From: a virus | Virus record (IMG/VR): IMGVR_UViG_3300007190_000023 | Coordinates: 1 to 63,982 of that record | Length of the DNA stretch: 63,982 nt | Reading direction: 5' to 3' (one strand) | In this document: piece after piece, positions 44,924-52,845 of the stretch | Layout of the letters: each line of letters starts with the position of its first letter | Position numbering within the stretch: position 1 is the stretch's first letter | The notes under the pieces: model-generated | What the model saw: only the letters and a program-made list of their open reading frames with translations | Database searches by the model: none | Told to the model about the DNA's origin: nothing | Made by a program: the position numbers and the translations under genes

Positions 44924-46112
44924 AGACTATCTTCTTATGGGGATAAGACATATCTTTGTTATAATCAACAGGAATCAACCAGATAAGCTTAAAGTTATTC
45001 CTTAATGGAACCGGGTTAAAGTAGAGATCAGTAATGACTATATGAATGTCATCTTTTCTTTTATTGATCTCTATAGCAGGTTCATCAAACACAGTACCAC
45101 CAAACCCGGTAATCTCTATCTCTTTAGGGATAACGGTATGGAACTCTTTCTTACTGGTGATCTTTGTATCAAAGCACCAGAAGGTTACTTTCAATCTTTG
45201 GTACTGGCTCATTAATGCCTTAAGGGTACCTAATGCTATCTTTAAATCTTCTTGAGTCATTGACCCTGAAGTATCCAACCAGATATTGATAGAGGTGATC
45301 ACTTCTTCTTCATCAATACTGGGTCTGTAATCTTCAAACCTTCTATTAGGTCTTCTCCAAGTCCAATCTTCCTTGATTACATCAGTCACCCAATTCTGAA
45401 GTACCACATCCCACCTAACAGGGGGTTTGATTACATCAGACAATAACTTACTTAATCCTACATCTTCAAGAGAGAATGACTTATCCACCATCTTGGCTTG
45501 TATGGCTGCTTTATTGATTGCAGCTACAACTTCCTTGAATTCTTTTCCTTCTCCCTCACCTGCTTCAGGTTCTATATCCTGCATGAATTGGGTAGAGCCA
45601 TCTGCATTCTTCTCTAGCTCTTTATAGATATCTTCTTCTGCCCAAGGTTCAGGACAGGAGTATGTGTAATCCAGCAGGATATCTGGAATCTTACTGATCT
45701 TATACCCATCCACATCCATATCATTGTTAATCCTGTAATCACATGCCATGTTCCATAACTTGAGGTCCCTATCTTTCCTTCTGTACTGATGCAATCTAGC
45801 AACATGCCATAGCTCATGAATCAGTACATATCCTCTCTGTTCGGCAGGGAGGTTCATCATGAAGTCAGGATTGAACCTGATCTTCTTACCTCCTACACAT
45901 GCTGTAGGAATAGACTCATCCCAATCCACATCCAACTGGCATAGCAATGGAGCCAGAAAGGATGAGTTCTTGCCTTTAAAGGCAGCTATCTTGATCTTGT
46001 CCAACTCTTTAACCATATCCACAGGGGTTCCTCTCAGGCTCATAGAGCCGGGTTCAATGAAGGTAAGGGGTAGGTAGCACTGAATGCATCCATGCACCTT
46101 AGAAGGGCTCAC
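44913..46112 (-). CDS. Putative metallopeptidase (HExxH) plus vWA domain protein (DUF2201-like), 399 aa
   Basis: ACVGGKKIRFNPDFMMNL...YVLIHELWHVARLHQYR supplies the HExxH. The MIDAS-like INIWLDTSGSMTQEDL (DxSxS) lies in the C-terminal half. This is the usual MoxR-partner architecture. Confidence 0.7.
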   Translation of the reverse strand: MSPSKVHGCIQCYLPLTFIEPGSMSLRGTPVDMVKELDKIKIAAFKGKNSSFLAPLLCQLDVDWDESIPTACVGGKKIRFNPDFMMNLPAEQRGYVLIHELWHVARLHQYRRKDRDLKLWNMACDYRINNDMDVDGYKISKIPDILLDYTYSCPEPWAEEDIYKELEKNADGSTQFMQDIEPEAGEGEGKEFKEVVAAINKAAIQAKMVDKSFSLEDVGLSKLLSDVIKPPVRWDVVLQNWVTDVIKEDWTWRRPNRRFEDYRPSIDEEEVITSINIWLDTSGSMTQEDLKIALGTLKALMSQYQRLKVTFWCFDTKITSKKEFHTVIPKEIEITGFGGTVFDEPAIEINKRKDDIHIVITDLYFNPVPLRNNFKLIWLIPVDYNKDMSYPHKKIVYGN

Positions 46113-46118
46113 AGGAGC

Positions 46119-47075
46119 CTAGATAGCCAGATCAAGGATGAGCTTCTGGAAGTCAGGAGGAGGTGCATCAACCGGGGTTCCCAGTGATTGATTGAACTGG
46201 GTGATCTGATGGTGAACATGGAGTAGTTCTACAGGCTTTTTAGATAGTCGGGCATATTGAAGTATGACTTCCTCACTTACATGAGCCCCTGCGCTCAGTA
46301 GACGTATTAACTCTGTCTTCCTATTAACAGGATGGTGAGGCATCAAGTAGTAATGAACCCCCCTGAACCATGTGTAGAGTATTTTTTGTTTCTGTATATA
46401 CAAAGTTAATTGGGTATGGAGTTCAGGGAATAATGAAAGGTGTTTGAGTGGTATATCAGGTAATTGGGTTGGCAGTAAGATATAAGGTAGAGTATTAAGT
46501 ATGTTATTGATTGTCTTTCGTAAAGCTATTGGAGGGTCTTTGAGTTTATCCAGTTTGGATAGTGTGGCATTAAGTGTTTGAGTGAGTGAATCTGAAACCA
46601 TTAATTTATGAATAAACTCCATAGAGTCATTACTTAACTCCCAAAAGCTGAAAGAATGTGGTTTGATGTTATTACTTACATACAGCAATTTAATGTATTG
46701 CTCCAAGGTAAGATCATCAGGGTTCCTGTTCTGCTTTAATGCCCATCTATAAGCATAGGTGTTCTGACTTTGGGTACATCTATTCAATACTGAATCCCAG
46801 AAGAGATGAAGATAGTCTGCATCCAGTACTTCCTGAAGGTAATCAATTTGTTTCAGGATTGAGTATGTAAGGTCATTGATATCTTTCTGGATTCTCTTAG
46901 GTATTGGTCTGACTCCTTTCAGTCCTTCCATCCCCTCTTTCCAAATAGAGACAATGTCTTTGATTTTACCTTGATACCTTATTTGGGTAAGGGGAACCAG
47001 CAAGTTGGTGATGTGTCTGTAGTTGTCTTTGTATCTGCTTATGAATCTCTTTATAAGGTAAGTATCAAAGTTCAT
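46119..47075 (-). CDS. Hypothetical protein (318 aa)
   Basis: Complete co-oriented ORF. No motif recognised. Confidence 0.6.
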   Translation of the reverse strand: MNFDTYLIKRFISRYKDNYRHITNLLVPLTQIRYQGKIKDIVSIWKEGMEGLKGVRPIPKRIQKDINDLTYSILKQIDYLQEVLDADYLHLFWDSVLNRCTQSQNTYAYRWALKQNRNPDDLTLEQYIKLLYVSNNIKPHSFSFWELSNDSMEFIHKLMVSDSLTQTLNATLSKLDKLKDPPIALRKTINNILNTLPYILLPTQLPDIPLKHLSLFPELHTQLTLYIQKQKILYTWFRGVHYYLMPHHPVNRKTELIRLLSAGAHVSEEVILQYARLSKKPVELLHVHHQITQFNQSLGTPVDAPPPDFQKLILDLAI

Positions 47076-47952
47076 GGGTGTTCTTTATGAATATGTTTAA
47101 AGGACTTAATTCCATATGCTCCCAATTAGGGATAGTATTCTTGAGTAAAGAATACTCTTTGGTAATTGCAGATAGATCATATCCTCCTTTAAGGAACCGG
47201 ATAGCTGAAGCTACCTTTTCTTGATCTCCATAGATATTATCTTTAACCCATTCAAATACTTCATCCCGGTTCCTTGCCCAAGGTCTCAATAACTCCTTAT
47301 GCAATGTCTTCTTGCTTGTTGTGATAAAGATCATTTGAGTATTGACTCTATCTATTACCTGCTCACTTGCAAGTATTGCCTTACAAATGCTCCTGCTTAA
47401 CCTATTAGGGTTCCTATTCGTCTTGTTCAGATAGTTCTCATATAACAATCTGAAGAGTGTTTCCTTAAACTCATCTATCTGACACCATTCTTTAATCAGA
47501 GTATCTTCCAACCCATTAAGATCATCGTGTACAGTGTAGTAAATGTACATAGGGTATCTATCCCTTACCTGGTTCCAACTACCCCATTCCAATTCAGGGT
47601 ATTTCTTACTTAACATATCCCTGTTATCTCTAGGGGTTCCTCCTTCTTCAATACTGATAACAACAGCAATGGTATTGAGCTTATCTGGACTTAACCAGGT
47701 ATTCATATAACAACCTGTAGCCCATGTATCCAAAGCCTGAACCAGGGAAAGGGCATGATAGTAAGTGGCATGATGTTGTTTCTTTCTTTTGCTTTTATGC
47801 ATATCCATTAACCTCAAGCAATTGGTTCTATTCCCTTTATACCAGTTATTCCATTTACCGGGGTTCATATCAGAAGGTAAGGGGATAGCTACATTAGATA
47901 TTGTCTTTAACTTATTAAAGATATGTTCTGCTTCTTCTTTCATGATTACCAA
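47065..47952 (-). CDS. Hypothetical protein (295 aa)
   Basis: Complete co-oriented ORF. No motif recognised. Confidence 0.6.
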   Translation of the reverse strand: MVIMKEEAEHIFNKLKTISNVAIPLPSDMNPGKWNNWYKGNRTNCLRLMDMHKSKRKKQHHATYYHALSLVQALDTWATGCYMNTWLSPDKLNTIAVVISIEEGGTPRDNRDMLSKKYPELEWGSWNQVRDRYPMYIYYTVHDDLNGLEDTLIKEWCQIDEFKETLFRLLYENYLNKTNRNPNRLSRSICKAILASEQVIDRVNTQMIFITTSKKTLHKELLRPWARNRDEVFEWVKDNIYGDQEKVASAIRFLKGGYDLSAITKEYSLLKNTIPNWEHMELSPLNIFIKNTHEL

Positions 47953-48383
47953 TCCTCATTATGTTCATACCCAGCACATAGAACAGCTAGATAAATCAAG
48001 TCTATCTGGTCAAGCTTTCTACTATCTTCACCTAATAAGGAGATATACCTGTTATAGAGTTCTCTATGCCATAGGTATTTATTCTTATCAGGTTTATTCT
48101 TAACAGCATCTGTTAACAATACAATCCAATCTTCTTCAACAGGACCATAGTTATGGTTAATGATGTATTGTCTTATCTCATCCTGTAACCTAGCCAATAG
48201 TCTTTCAGGTTCATCTTGTATACCTGTACTGGTTAGGTAGTTCTTCAACTCTCCTATGTTTAATCTTGTGTAAATATTCTGTACACATACAACACCAGGA
48301 AACAAACCATACAACATGAGTTTAATAGCATCATCCATAGTAAGTAAGCATAAAAAAAAATAACCACCCCACATTGAAATCAA
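47946..48383 (-). CDS. Hypothetical protein (145 aa)
   Basis: Complete co-oriented ORF. Confidence 0.55.
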   Translation of the reverse strand: MISMWGGYFFLCLLTMDDAIKLMLYGLFPGVVCVQNIYTRLNIGELKNYLTSTGIQDEPERLLARLQDEIRQYIINHNYGPVEEDWIVLLTDAVKNKPDKNKYLWHRELYNRYISLLGEDSRKLDQIDLIYLAVLCAGYEHNEDW

Positions 48384-48405
48384 TGTGAGATGGTTATTCT
48401 TAAGT

Positions 48406-49575
48406 TCAACTCAAAGCATAGTCTGCTTGTTGGATACAACGACTGAAGTTATCCTTCTTCTCTCTACTCCATTCTTTAACACACACCTGGTTTAAGACAA
48501 AGGAACCTACATCACTTTCTGCCAGTTCAGACAACACCTGGTTATAGGTTCTCCTCAATACATTTCCATACCTGTACTTGACACCAAAACAGTCATGTGC
48601 ACAGAGAACATCAATCCTTTCATCAGGCAGGGAACCAAGGAGCTTATACACAGCCTCATTGAACCGTGGAGAACACCTGTTTAGTGATTTGAACCCATAC
48701 ACATGAAGATAACTGAGTACTCTTGCACTCAGGAACCCTGTGCTATCAAAGTAGGTATGGAGTCTTTCCAGTACATCCTCCTTGATGTCATAGGTATCTC
48801 CTTGAACCTCAGGGAATGGGGAGGTGTATCTCAATCTCCTGATGACTTCCCTTTGTACAAATGCATCTAATGAATGAACTACATTAGCACTTAAGCTCTT
48901 ACCCATAAGAGCAGGTTTACTGACTGTCCTTGTAACTGCATATTTCTTATCCATGAATGTCACTATCTTTACTTCCTGGTTCCATACAGGACATACCACA
49001 TGGAACCCATCAGACATGAACCATTCATGTCTGTCTGTCTTTCTATTCCATGATGCCTGTAATAGCTGGTTCATATACCAAGGTTCCTTACAGTGCTCTC
49101 TTAGAACCTGATAGAACTCATGTTGTAAATCCTTCTGAACCAGTATGCGTGAAGGAGTTGCTTGACTTCCATAGAATGCAGTCATTACAGCTTTCTTAAT
49201 GTCTTTCCTTTTGATTCCTTTCTCCTTACATAACTCCATCTTGTCATATAACTCTGTATATACATCATATCTCTTACCTCCTAGTAAGTTAGTCCATTCA
49301 GCAGTCTTGATGTCATGAGAGATACAACTCATTAGCTGTAACCCAGATGCTGTTGCATCCAATTGCACTATTCCATCCTTATTCCTATTCCTGTAATTCC
49401 ATACAGCAACTTCATATAACTCTGGTTCTTCAGCTTCAGTTGTATATCTTTCCAGGTTCTCTTTATTCTCTTGAACCCAGAGAAGCCTATCTATCCATGA
49501 TTCCTTATCCAATCCAAAGCTATTGGCTATCTGGATATGGCAGTAATCTTCTTCACTAAACAGACTCATCTTCAT
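48406..49575 (-). CDS. T7-like RNA polymerase, catalytic C-terminal subunit (N4 RNAPII gp16-like), 389 aa
   Basis: Motif A VQLDATASGLQLMS (T7: DGSCSGIQHFS). Motif B KKAVMTAFYGS (T7: KRSVMTLAYGS). Motif C LCAHDCFGV (T7: HDSFG). The C-terminal ADYALS resembles the T7 FAFA foot. Confidence 0.85.
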   Translation of the reverse strand: MKMSLFSEEDYCHIQIANSFGLDKESWIDRLLWVQENKENLERYTTEAEEPELYEVAVWNYRNRNKDGIVQLDATASGLQLMSCISHDIKTAEWTNLLGGKRYDVYTELYDKMELCKEKGIKRKDIKKAVMTAFYGSQATPSRILVQKDLQHEFYQVLREHCKEPWYMNQLLQASWNRKTDRHEWFMSDGFHVVCPVWNQEVKIVTFMDKKYAVTRTVSKPALMGKSLSANVVHSLDAFVQREVIRRLRYTSPFPEVQGDTYDIKEDVLERLHTYFDSTGFLSARVLSYLHVYGFKSLNRCSPRFNEAVYKLLGSLPDERIDVLCAHDCFGVKYRYGNVLRRTYNQVLSELAESDVGSFVLNQVCVKEWSREKKDNFSRCIQQADYALS

Positions 49576-49922
49576 TTCTTTCTCCTATCTTCAAGAGAAA
49601 CCAATGTATCTCCTCCTTGAACCCAAAAGATATCTTTGTCGTCACGAAAGCAATAAGCCTTTCCATTTGAACTCGGGTTATTGAACAGGACATTAGCCAT
49701 TACTGTCTTCAATCCCGGTTCCATCATCATTATCATCAGTCTCTTTGTTAACTTATCTTCACTGACTTCAAATACCTCCCTGTGATCTGCTTCCTCAATG
49801 CCATAGATCATTAACTCCTGTACTCCTTTACGTGCTTTCATTACATGGTCTTTACTTTTGTATTCAGCCAAAGGATTCCCAAATGCATCATATCCAGTCT
49901 TGATCTTAATCTTCATATTCAT
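49572..49922 (-). CDS. Hypothetical protein (116 aa) between the two RNAP subunit genes
   Basis: Complete ORF translationally coupled to the RNAP catalytic subunit gene (overlap 49572-49575). Confidence 0.6.
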   Translation of the reverse strand: MNMKIKIKTGYDAFGNPLAEYKSKDHVMKARKGVQELMIYGIEEADHREVFEVSEDKLTKRLMIMMMEPGLKTVMANVLFNNPSSNGKAYCFRDDKDIFWVQGGDTLVSLEDRRKK

Positions 49923-49940
49923 TTCTTTTCTCTCTTTATA

Positions 49941-49968
49941 TAAATAATAAAACCCCTCAATCGGGGTT
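49941..49968 (-). terminator. Intrinsic terminator downstream of the small RNAP subunit gene
   Basis: On the minus strand, aaccccgattgaggggtt (6-bp GC-rich stem, 49951-49956 / 49963-49968) is followed by TTTATTATTT. Confidence 0.6.
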
Positions 49969-49979
49969 CATGAATACAA

Positions 49980-50005
49980 CTATTGGAACCGTACCTATTG
50001 GAACC
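49980..50005 (-). repeat. Tandem pair of the GGTTCCAATAG motif (15-nt period), minus-strand orientation
   Basis: The plus strand reads ctattggaacc (49980-49990) gtac ctattggaacc (49995-50005). The same motif and spacing occur at 52273-52303. Confidence 0.9.
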
Positions 50006-50022
50006 AGGGAGAGTGAATACTT

Positions 50023-50655
50023 CTACCCAAATTGAACCAGTGCTTTATGTAATGAATCTCCTTGGTAGTTCACAGTCCATCCATCACAGTACTGCCTACC
50101 TCTCACATCAAGGTAGTGGTTCATTGTGAAGGTAGTCACGTTTTCTCTTTCATAGTCCTTCACTGTCTCCTTCATCATCCAAGACTCAATCTGTCCGTAG
50201 GACTTCTTCCATTTACTTTCCTTGAGTATTTTGTGTCGAATTAGTGGGTGTAAGGACAGTCTGGTTGCAGATGACATAGAGAGTACTTCAGGGCATTTAT
50301 CAGTCACTTGATGAGGTTGGTTGGTCATTTCATTAGGGCGGGAGTTTATATAACTCTCTTTCCAAGGTTCGTCATGGACTATCAATACCTTCTTGGGTGG
50401 TTCAATGAGGTAGAGATAATCTCTTTCTAAACCAATGACTTGGGTATTCATAAGGCGGGTAAGGAATACATCTGGTTCGTCCATATGTCCTAGCATGTTC
50501 AGGACTGTCTCTACCCTCAATGCACTTAACCATAGTTGTTTGATTAGCTTAAGTGCTTGTTTTATCTCATGTTTATCTAAGGTATTCAGCTTGGGTTCAT
50601 AGTGATTGTACAGGTAAGGTCGTACTTCACTCTCTCTTAAGGGATGAATAGTCAT
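50023..50655 (-). CDS. T7-like RNA polymerase, N-terminal subunit (N4 RNAPII gp15-like), 210 aa
   Basis: The C-terminal HYLDVRGRQY matches the T/DxxGR motif of single-subunit RNAPs (T7: MDWRGRVY). It lies just upstream of the catalytic subunit gene. Confidence 0.6.
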   Translation of the reverse strand: MTIHPLRESEVRPYLYNHYEPKLNTLDKHEIKQALKLIKQLWLSALRVETVLNMLGHMDEPDVFLTRLMNTQVIGLERDYLYLIEPPKKVLIVHDEPWKESYINSRPNEMTNQPHQVTDKCPEVLSMSSATRLSLHPLIRHKILKESKWKKSYGQIESWMMKETVKDYERENVTTFTMNHYLDVRGRQYCDGWTVNYQGDSLHKALVQFG

Positions 50656-50834
50656 AAAGGCTCCTAGATGAGGTTGTAAGGGATAGCCTAGATAGAGAGC
50701 TAGGGTAGTCCCAGTGAATGGGTAGGTGTTGGTTAGAGAGCGTTAGAGAGCGTTTAAGGGCTATTGGGAACCAGGGATAGGTATGTTGTAGGTAAAAAGG
50801 GTAGAGACCTGGTCCTTCAGGTCTCTTTGTTCCT

Positions 50835-51140
50835 CTATTCCTGGTTCATGTCAGACCAGTATTGCAGTCCTTCTTCGTATAAGTCATTGTATTTCTTAAG
50901 TGTTTTCTCTCCTTTCTTGGAGCATCTTGTTTCGTTCATTAGGTGGGTGATGGCTGAGTTACTGGCTCCGTTACTGAACTTGTCTTTAGTTTCAAAGAGA
51001 TAGGAAGCTGCATGACTTGCTCGTCTGGACTCCTTGAGGGCTTGGAACTCTTGGTCAATGAGGGTTGAACCTGTTGAAATCACTGAGGAAAGTGAGTCTA
51101 CAGTGACGGCTAAGGAGGTGAAGATACGTGAAATGGACAT
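50835..51140 (-). CDS. Hypothetical early protein (101 aa)
   Basis: Complete co-oriented ORF. Confidence 0.55.
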   Translation of the reverse strand: MSISRIFTSLAVTVDSLSSVISTGSTLIDQEFQALKESRRASHAASYLFETKDKFSNGASNSAITHLMNETRCSKKGEKTLKKYNDLYEEGLQYWSDMNQE

Positions 51141-51222
51141 GGTAAGTTCCTATGTGATTGGTTTGTAAGGTATTTTGTGGGTAAAATAAAGCAGTAGAGC
51201 CCCTTCCTTGGGGCATTGGGAG

Positions 51223-51483
51223 TTAGGATGCAAAGTCTCCATAGTCTCCGTCATCTGCTTCTGCACTTCGGAGTTCTACAGTAAATTCAGTAGGTTGGGC
51301 GAGGGTTAAGTCCTCATCTTCCATTGCTCTTAGCCAGATAGCCTTGGCCAAACCTGTTGATTTTGCTGATAAAGGTATCCCTCCGAGGGTCTTGAGACCT
51401 CCATTCCCGAACCTGACCTTGATATTAATAAAGAAATCAGCAGGGATGAAGCCCTTATCACTGGTAACTAACGTACGGCTCAT
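51223..51483 (-). CDS. Small early protein (86 aa) with an acidic aromatic C-terminal tail
   Basis: ATG at 51483 is preceded by GGAG (ttggagttagtcATG). The track start at 51495 is a TTG. The C-terminus is ...AEADDGDYGDFAS. Confidence 0.6.
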   Translation of the reverse strand: MSRTLVTSDKGFIPADFFINIKVRFGNGGLKTLGGIPLSAKSTGLAKAIWLRAMEDEDLTLAQPTEFTVELRSAEADDGDYGDFAS

Positions 51484-51593
51484 GACTAACTCCAAGAAAA
51501 TAACGACCCAACATTAGGCCAAATGGACGGGGAACGAGCGATAGCGAGTTAACCGGACATTAATCTCTAAGGGTAATTAAAGGGGGTGGTTAT

Positions 51594-51615
51594 CTATGTT
51601 TCACGTGGAACATAG
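51594..51615. repeat. Near-perfect 22-bp palindrome centred on CACGTG
   Basis: ctatgttTcacgtgGaacatag has one mismatched pair. It is followed directly by a G7 run (51615-51621), which is complementary to a C7 run at 51654-51660. Confidence 0.9.
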
Positions 51616-51660
51616 GGGGGGTATGTTTTAGGTGTGTAGTTATAAATAACTGACCCCCCC

Positions 51661-51709
51661 AAATTAAAATTAAAATTAAAATTAAAATTAAAATTAAAAA
51701 AAAAAAAAA
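51661..51709. repeat. (AAATTA)x6 tandem repeat running into an A14 tract
   Basis: Read directly: aaatta x6 at 51661-51696, then the poly-A run through 51709. Confidence 0.95.
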
Positions 51710-51860
51710 GAACAGTAAAATTACCCCAATAGTATTATATTTAAATACCAAATTACCAAAGATAATTACCTAAGTGATAATAATAATACTAAGGGTATTA
51801 GAGAACCAGATTAGGTATTAAACATATAACCTTATTACTCACCCCATCCTCACTCTATAT

Positions 51861-51987
51861 CTCCCTTGGTTCATTGCGTTATGACAAATGATTTATAGAG
51901 TAGGGAACACCGAAGCGTAGCGCAGCGAAGCGTAGGTGTTCCCTACTATAGAAATCTTGCAGTTATAAAAGCAATGAACCAAGGGAG
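51861..51987. repeat. Nested perfect inverted repeats (17-bp outer, 13-bp inner) forming a potential cruciform
   Basis: Outer arms: ctcccttggttcattgc (51861-51877) / gcaatgaaccaagggag (51971-51987). Inner arms: agtagggaacacc (51899-51911) / ggtgttccctact (51935-51947). The 23-nt loop is gaagcgtagcgcagcgaagcgta, with a duplicated GAAGCGTAG. Confidence 0.95.
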
Positions 51988-52217
51988 AGTAAAGAAATGA
52001 AGATATAAAAACTTATAACTCTATATAGGTATATAAGGGGCGGAATGAGATAGAAGGATATCTCTATCTTTATCTCTATCTCATAAGCCGGGAATGAATG
52101 ACTATATAGATATATCTATATGGGAGGAGCCAGTAGGGATAAGAGATATGAACCAGTAAAGATATGAACCAGTGAAGGAAGGAATGATGATCTTAGTCAT
52201 TCAATCCCGGTTCAATG

Positions 52218-52262
52218 AGATATAAGGGATATAAGAGATAAGGGAGATATAAGAGATATCTC
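52218..52262. repeat. GATATAAG x3 direct repeats ending in a 12-bp perfect palindrome
   Basis: gatataag occurs at 52218, 52227 and 52245. The palindrome agagatatctct is at 52251-52262. Confidence 0.9.
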
Positions 52263-52272
52263 TTACATTCCC

Positions 52273-52303
52273 TGGTTCCATTGGGTTAGGTTCCAATGGG
52301 TTA
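52273..52303 (+). repeat. Tandem pair GGTTCCATTGGGTTAG / GGTTCCAATGGGTTAG (15-nt period)
   Basis: Read directly. Related copies are GGTTCCAAAGG at 52331 and GGTTCCAATAG at 52770. The block GGGTT(A/G)ATAGGAGGGTA is repeated at 52297-52314 and 52365-52382. Confidence 0.9.
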
Positions 52304-52551
52304 GATAGGAGGGTATATGTTGATAGAACCTGGTTCCAAAGGGTTCAATGAGAGCAAGTTCAATAGGGTTGATAGGAGGGTAGGTCCAATCTCATCGACT
52401 GTACCAATAGAGGGAGATGGTTAATCCTGATAGGAACCCTAGGAATAAGAGAGAAAGATCAGAGAACATATCCTGCTCTTCTAGGTTCAAGGTTTATAGA
52501 TACGAGCTATCGCCCATCCAATAACGAACCCTAGGAGAAAGATAGAGAGCT

Positions 52552-52656
52552 TCATTTCTTTTTCCTTTTCTTGTTACTGAGGTTATTGAATGGGTATCTA
52601 CCTTTGAACAAGAAAGCCACAAAGATAGATAGAGCAATGATGATAAGGATAGACAT
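52552..52656 (-). CDS. Candidate very small membrane protein (34 aa)
   Basis: An internal ATG at 52656 in track ORF 52552..52734 is preceded by AGGAG (caggagtcatatcATG). The product is MSILIIIALSIFVAFLFKGRYPFNNLSNKKRKKK, one TM helix plus a basic tail. Confidence 0.35.
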   Translation of the reverse strand: MSILIIIALSIFVAFLFKGRYPFNNLSNKKRKKK

Positions 52657-52845
52657 GATATGACTCCTGAAGGGTAGATAAAGAAGGGCAGATAAAGAAG
52701 AGAAACATAAAGAAGGAACCAGAGGAGTAAGCAATCCGTATTCCCCAATACCGTCTGCTTACTCTCACTGGTTCCAATAGGGTTAAAGGGATAGTTTGGA
52801 TATCCCGGTTTAATGGAGTATAGGTAATCTCTGCTCTTACTAGGT

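Noticed and set aside
51661-51709. A tandem repeat that might be mistaken for a CRISPR array or a minisatellite-encoded peptide.
   Set aside because: The unit is only 6 nt with no spacers and is followed by a homopolymer. It is a simple AT microsatellite, not a repeat-spacer array.
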